DNA of 57,548 nt, counting the filler, from Catajapyx aquilonaris (taxonomy: Eukaryota): NCBI GenBank assembly GCA_000934665.2. It is 3 parts of 3 records of this genome, joined end to end, with 100 filler letters (N's around TTAATTAATTAA, not from the genome) between each part and the next. Parts side by side here need not be neighbours in the genome. Positions count along the whole stretch, not along the records: positions 38,389 to 57,548 come from JYFJ02006532.1; 2 more parts are not named here. One strand, 5' to 3'. The notes beneath the pieces are model-generated. The model had not been told where the DNA came from, searched no databases, and saw only the letters and a list, made by a program, of their open reading frames with translations. Shown piece after piece: positions 50,026-57,548 of the stretch (position 1 is its first letter; every line of letters starts with the position of its first letter). The translations under genes were made by a program, and so were the position numbers.

Positions 50026-53000
50026 TGCTGCTCGCTTGGGGATGACCACTAATAAGGCTGCTCGCACCTCCCGCCCTCACTTTTATTCCCTATACCAGCA
50101 ACCTTTCCTCCTCCACCCCACCCCCTACCCCCTACCTGCCCCTTCTCCCCCTCTCAATCCATCACCATTCAGGTGCCCACCAAGCTGGTGGACACACGCA
50201 CGTCACGGCAGAAGAAGAAGGGACGTGAGCGGGTTGGTTGAACCCCCCCCCCCCTTGATTATCCAGGCTTCCTTCCTAGGAATTGATAGATTGCCACCTC
50301 CATCTGCGTAAACGTAGGCCATGGCTCAGGCTGGTTGGTTGGATCTGCTGGCATCACAAGTTGTTTTCCCATAAACCCGTTCCGTCAGCTCCAGCTTGGA
50401 TTTCCCTCCTTGTGTGACGTCACTCGTGGTTTGCAGCCACTGTGTGACGTCCCACGTGTTGATAAACATTTTGTTCTCACCTCCTCTTTGGCGTGGGATG
50501 CCAGCTGCACGTACACACGACAAACAGTGATATGTAGCACTATTAAAAATTCAATGAATATGGAATTGACATAAGGTATTGTATACTTGTTCCTCAATAA
50601 ATATTTCAGGAGAATGAGTCGATGTTTTATGGGCTACTTGACTCGGAGTAAATACAGCATTATTAACAGCCACACTGGTTGTAAACAAACTTCGGAAGTG
50701 AATGTACACTACAAATAAATAGTACAGATGGTGCATCTTAAGAAACTGGCCATGCAGTTTTGATGAGTAATCAGCCTTTTATTGCCAGCTCTACAGTACA
50801 ACATCTTGCACAACTGAGAAATACAATGCCAAGGTGTTCTGTAAAATGCGTATCCTTCTTTGCAAGGTCATTTTGATTTGAAACTTGGAATCTGGCTGTC
50901 ATTGGAGCCACTATCAAAGAATGTTATGACATACTGTAGTGCACACAATATAATGTATACACATAGAAAAATGCGGCGAAAATTATACCCTGCGCCAAAT
51001 TTTAAAATATAAACGTGAATACATCAGGTTTTCCTCTTTCTGCCGTGCTGGTCCACGCTGCATGAATCAATGGGAAACCCTTGAAGAAAATTCCCATAAT
51101 ATCACAAAAGCTCCCTGAAATATCCGCAGATTCCAAAATTCCAACCAAGATTCCTTGAATTCGAACCGAAATTCTTCTATTATTTTCATACAAGAAAAAT
51201 CCAGCCTTTACTATGCGATTTGAATAACACCACATCACTTATTAGCACGCAATCACCCAACCTACCACCTGAACTGGCTTAGCTGAAAAAGTACAGTACA
51301 ACCACAATGTGCAGCTGAGAAGGAACGATAAAGTAACACTTCCGACCCGTTGGCACTTTTCTAAGAAACCGCACCTCGAACCCGGGGAAGTCCCAGCCGA
51401 CCACTTTCTTATGCCCACGTCGTACTCGAGAAGTAAAAACCTGACCCAAGTTTCCGCCATGCCAATTGAATAGCCCACGGGAGACCTGACGGACGCACTA
51501 CTGACGTCACGTATGACCCACATCCCATATTCCCCGCCATTTCTCAATGACATTTTTTTTCTTTTCAAAAGGTGGTTTTATTATCGGAGTCAACCGCACT
51601 TGGCTTCTTGCCTGGTAATTCAACAATGAAAATTGTCCTCTTCCACTCCCTCACACCCCACCTGTAATAATCCCAGGGCACATACACTGATGTATGCTTT
51701 TGTTCACGGTTTTTTCCTCCAGCCTCACGGCACATGCACAAACATATTTAAAATGCTATCCCAGTCAGCGTCCATCCACCCTAAGGTCGAATTTTTTTGT
51801 GGCTCAAGGATGAATTCCTATGGGTTTTATTTTTCCCGCGCCAAAATTATGTGATATTGTGTCCCTAGTCCATAATTACGTCAGGAATTATTCAGTGCCC
51901 TAGGTTGGTTTCTCACGTGCACATTTCCTTATTTGGATGGGCATTCCCACGCATGCAGTTAGCACCTGTTCGTTCTATAAATAAGTCGAAAAAAATAGGC
52001 AACCGGTACACTTTTCCTCATTTGCAGTGAGACAAGTGTTATTGTTACGCGAATTCTTGCCACCATGGTGAAATGATGCATGTGCAAAGAGTAGGAGGTT
52101 ATTGTACTACAATATAATAGTCCAAACTATATTAAGCTTATGCGTTTTTAAATTTGGAGAGGTAATGCATCTCTGTCAAAATAATTGCACTTGCGTGCTA
52201 AGGACAGAATTGCACATCCCACATTAATCCACCCTGTCGGACAATTAAAGCAGGGTACTATTCTTTTCTTCTAAAATTACTCTTATTGTTAGTTACGTAT
52301 ACAGTTGGCAGCAGTATATATGCGCTCATTTGCCACTTCCTACTGTTCAAATATCAGAGTAAAAAAATAAGGTATATCACAGGCCTGTTTGTTAATTTTT
52401 ACAATTAACAGTTAGCAATAATGATTTCAAGTATGTAACATTTTTTGCTACTTGCTGCACAATATTAGACAATCAAAGTCTTTTATTGTGGATTCGCAGT
52501 CCCAGCGAAGAAGAAATTACCATCACTAGCTCCCTACCCTCCAAAAACTAAGTAAACCTCACGTTATTCTGTGTAGTTATTAAATACTGTACAATATTAT
52601 TAAATACAATTTTATGCATGAAACTCACCGTTTCGGGAAGAGATGGTGAGATTTATTCCTCTGCTGAGTTGCTCAACTTCACGCTTTACATAAAACAAAC
52701 AAACCACCACCACGAGATTTCACTATAACAAGGGTAGAATGGGCTGGATGATACCTAAGTCATCAAATAATGAGCATAAGATTAAAATTATGGCACACGT
52801 AAATAAACTATATTCAAAGGGACAAACCTCAACGTTAGCGATACTTCCGTTATTACTGTACACTGTACAGTATAAGGAAAGAAGATTTTGGCCGCAGTCG
52901 ATCTCAGTCAGTGACCTGTCATCCAATCCAAAGGGTTGAAGAGGAAGTGAAAAATAACTTTTACTGTAATATCAATTTGGGAACTATTAGCTAAGAATTG

Positions 53001-56000
53001 ACCTTTGCACAACAACAACAGCACATATTGGTGAGAACTCCAGTGTCGGAAGTCGAACCCGGAAGCACAGCAGTAAATGCTTTAGCCTCGCAGTCCAGGG
53101 GTAGCCTATGTCTCGTCTATCTTGGTAAAATCCATTTAAGAGTTCAGTATTCTATTATTTTCTATTGTATTTCCAGTATTCTATGAGAGTATGTCGCAGC
53201 TACTGAAAAATAAAATCCGGATACAGGATTTTGCCATGAATCGTTCCAGTGAATAAGACGTTTTCTTTGCTTCGTCATTATAAACATACAGCGTGCCTAT
53301 CACCTGTGACATGAATCGGTGGTATTTCAACTGGAACTCTTTTCAGGATAGACGCCTTTACAGTCGTGATTTTATAGCATGGGTTGGCATGACTCTATTT
53401 TCCCACTGTCCTGCCTCATGCAAGCTGCCAACATGCATTCTGATTTACAATAGCTTTGACTCATTTGTAACTTCGCAGAACCTCTGCCAGTCTACCTGAT
53501 GACTTTACACTATTTTGGGTACAATTTTCAGAACACATAATAATAATCATCATCAATGCCGATCATAATGATAATGATGAAGGCGCCAACAAAAATAAAA
53601 CGTGATTACGGGCTTCAAAATTGCAGCAATGACTTTCATCAATTCCGTTATAATAAGCAATGGAATTAAATACGAGTATTAAAGGCTAGTGATGTCAATA
53701 CTACTGAATCTGTCGACTATGCCTCTATTTCAGTGTCTTCTCAAAATAAAATTCCCCGTAAATTAATTAATTTTCTATTTTCGCCCACTCTCGAAACGAA
53801 TTCCATCGCTATGCTAAGCGCGCTTAGAGGTCGCATTTCGTTACTAGATGAACGAAAATCACATAGATGCGGAATGTTATGTAGCAACGGAATGTGATTT
53901 AAAGTGACAAAATATGTGGCGGAATTTTATTTAGAGAAGAGCATGCCCATCCTATGCTTCGGTACAATACCAATGCCCAGTACCCTTTCCTATGTCGCTG
54001 TTATAACTCCTGACTGCCTTATGTGCACAGCAATCAGTGCCTCTTTAGAGCGTATATATGAGAGTGCATGGGTGACAACCAGGTGCAGTCTTGCTGGCTG
54101 AACGGGTACCGCGCCAGGCTGCAATTTGTCAAATACAATTTGCTGCCTGTTAGGTGCCTGAAATGGGTGCAATTCGTGGCATAATGCACCGCTGCAGCCT
54201 AGATGAAATGCTGTGAAATACAGTTGACGGCAATAACGAAATTTGCGAAAACTGGAATGAAAATAAGCGACCTCTCTCGCTGATAATCGACTTGCGTAAT
54301 GTAACTTACGGCAACACAATAACGTCAGAGAGCGAGTTGTCAACAGTCACTTTTGTCATGATGAGAGTCGTTACAGGTTATGGCTGCCAATACGGTCTGC
54401 GCCATTACCCCGGGAAAACACGCTGTTCACATTCAGCTTGTGGTCGGGTGACGTTCAATTATTGTTACTGTCTGTTATTGCGCCTGCAATGACACAAGCT
54501 CATCTTTGAAACATTTCATCTTCGAAGCTTCTATTCTGGCATTTATATTTCCGTTCCCATACTTGCAAACGGTGTTGGTTATTTAATTACACTAATGGGC
54601 ATCATGCAAACTTCAAGTCGTTATAGAGTGTCGGTAAGCTACCAGGCAGTACGTATCACATTAGTAGATTAATTATGCATTAGCATATTTACATCACAAA
54701 GATGCTCGTAACGTTTAGTGATTGCAATTTATCTGCGAATGATTGATTGCCTATTACCGGTATCTTATTATATACCGGTACAAGGAAAAATCTCGACCAG
54801 TCCCAACTCCCAATTACGCTAATGAAAGGAACGCCGGTATTTATACGCTCCTACACGTAGCTACAATATACGCACACACTCAGGCATGCTGTGCTGCATG
54901 CTGAATACAAAACATTATCGCTTCAAAACAATAAAGGTTGATAGTACAGTAACATCAAAACATGCCCGCATTGTTATACCAAGACAACTCTGTCTCCTGG
55001 GGTGCGATATTGTCCTAGTGCCTTACAGTGAGTGCCCTTGAATGCTCTGTGCGACTAATGTTGTTTGTTAGGCATGCCAGAGTAACATTACATCACAGAC
55101 TACTTATTATGCATATATACTGTAATCGCATACCAGAAGATCCAGGTCATATAGGATGGACGGTAGCCTACATTATTCGCAACTAATCGTTACTACTTAT
55201 ATAACCTCCGAATCCTGGGTTTGGTGTAACGTTACGGATAGATGCTCTAAAGAAAACACAATTTACCCCATTAAGTATTGGAATGCAACGCCTTGGTTTA
55301 CACGAAAGGGATGTCCTCCCCGAGGCGATTACTGCGAATGGCGAAGTGCACCTCCATCCAGACTACTTTACGATATTACTTCCACACCTAATCTGCTCCC
55401 TGCCTGGACCAACAAAGACACGTCATTAGTTAATGTATAGCTGCCCCGAAGGGCTCTGGTGCAATATGTTACATTCAGACTTGGGCCCTTGCATTGCATT
55501 TCAACTGGTACAATTTCCACATCGCACTTATTGGGCTTTAGAGAAACATAAATATTATAATCAGTAATAATTACGCTAAATCCTTTAATTAATTCGGTAA
55601 ATGATCGCCAATAGCAATTCATATACTGCAAGGTATAGGGTACTGTACAATTGCATTTTAAAACATTGGCGGTATATACGCATTGCAGCATGTGCCTCCA
55701 AGCGGAAACCCTTACACTGCGGTTGTAAATATTATTGGAGTGAGGTACTATACAGTACTATGTTAAAACATACTGTCATACAGTGAAGAAAGAGTGGGCG
55801 AGGCATGCTGAAGGAAGGAAGCACAAAGCAGAAAAAAACGAGAGGAAGGAAGCACGAAATCATGTACGACAGCTTCTTTCTCTTGGAAACATGACACAGC
55901 GTGGCGAGGACGAATTACAATATTGTGGTGTAAAATTCCCGCCTAAAAAAAATTGGCACTAAAATGTGGCCAAACAAACGGATAAAAAATGTCAACAAAA

Positions 56001-57548
56001 AAAAAAAGACGAGGAAGCGTAACTTCCTTCGAATGAGTCATCACACGCAGGTATAGTCAGGCAGTCTGCACACTACAATGTTGATGGCAACACAAGTGAC
56101 GTAGGTACCGGCAATTCAGGAGTCATTAGGCACGAGGCGACAATTAGTTCTGCTTATCTCCAAGCCTCATCCGCTCTACAAGCAAGTCAAATGCCCCGAG
56201 GGGAAACTAATTGAATGTAATTTTCTTTTTTTGCACTGGTCATGACTGGCCTTCAACTATATTTTTTTATTTCTGGGAACATACAAGTGCGGGAAATTCT
56301 CATGGCTAAATATTACACGTAAAGTGTTGGTTTACGTAGTATAATAATGTGTGGTCCCCTGTGGGTGTGGGTCAAACTGGAATGAAATTCTTGGCACTTC
56401 CGGAACGCTCGTTAGTACCACTTATCACCCACGTCACTCTCAATAACTAGTTACACTACATACCGAGTGCCCGCACCATCCCTCGTTATTGTGTACTCTA
56501 TGCAGCCGTGTAAACACGCTCTCGACCGCTGCATGCCATTAACCTGCTGCAGGGAAAATAATAAAAAAAGGAAGCGAGTACGTGCTGGGTCGCATATGCA
56601 TATTTCTTTGGTCGATACAGCAGAGTTTGGTTTCAGAGACTGTATTATGGCGAGAGGGAATAAAAGGGCAACACTGCAGGGACCATAGAAGCACAAAAGC
56701 AGAGGCGCAGTCAAAAAAAAAAAAAAAAAGTTATTTCAAATGAAGGCGTCACTTAATGACTTATTTTACATCCCTTTGGAATTCCATTTATGCTGTGCCT
56801 AGTGTCCCCCCTTTTGCTAATTGCGTCCAATTTGTATGCAAATCATTACTTGCTTCCCGCTGATGCTGCACTTTTACTCCCTCCCACTCCGGCCACAGCA
56901 CAATACTTTGATGGAAATATCCACCAAACAGGGTAAGGAGCCACAGAAATCCAGGTAGACCAATTTTTTGATTAAATTTCGACATGTAAGGTAATCTTAA
57001 TGGGCTCGCTTTTTTTAGAGAAAATTTGCTCCGACCTGAATAATATAATCCTTTCCTATTACTTGAAATAATTAACTTCGTAACAGAAACTAGTGCAAGT
57101 GCCAAAAATACGTGTTACAATTTTTAGCAACACACGTAACGAAAGAAGGAGATGATATAAGGAATCTTTTATCCGGATTACTATGGCCTAGCTTCATCAA
57201 TATGATGCTGCCGTGAAACCCCTTTTTTTGAGCCAATTTTAATTCGTCTGTATTGTTCACCCTATACTGTATACAGGGGCCCAAGTGTAATTCAGCTTCC
57301 TGCACTGACAGAACGATTGGTTGCCCGTGACGATCTCACTTGGTATGCTGCGAATGTAATGTTCAATGAAACCATGTTCAGAGACAGAGTTCGGGTCTCC
57401 ATGGTGTCAGCTTCCAATTGAGAGTCACCCGTGACCTGTCTGAAATTTTCTTCACACAGTGTACCCTTACCGAAATTTAACCTAGCCGCGAGCTTGCCGC
57501 TAGGTCGCCAGAAGCTGGCGAGCTCGCCTCAGGATAGCCGCCACGTCG

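Noticed and set aside
57463..57548. GC-rich segment with short inverted motifs at the window end
   Set aside because: Possibly a transposon start, but cut by the window edge so the partner TIR cannot be seen.

Overview
Eukaryotic (insect/arthropod-like), intron-rich, transposon-dense genomic window with two assembly gaps (19093-19191, 38289-38388). Manual splice-site reading supports six protein-coding genes. (1) A 5'-partial 7-finger C2H2 gene, ZNF-A (+, 394-4844). (2) A single-RRM RBM4/lark-like gene (-, 8387-10148). (3) A complete paralogous C2H2 gene, ZNF-B (-, 11819-17681). (4) The first two exons of a divergent RpS3-like gene that runs into gap 1 (+, 18763-19092). (5) The last two exons of UBE2S (+, 24765-26540). 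(6) An 11-exon SLC6 nutrient amino acid transporter (-, 40165-49862). Between and inside these genes are many TA-, TWA- and 8-bp-TSD MITEs (including a multi-level nest at 20.6-24.5 kb), mariner and pogo relics, and three tRNA-derived SINE families, one with a V-SINE core. Most notable: the two ZNF paralogs keep near-identical scaffolds but differ at 23 of 28 canonical DNA-contacting positions and have modular phase-0 exons behind an unrecognised N-terminal domain; and the RpS3-like gene has an atypical N-terminus and a palindromic RFX-half-site array in intron 1. All calls are by eye; no searches were run.
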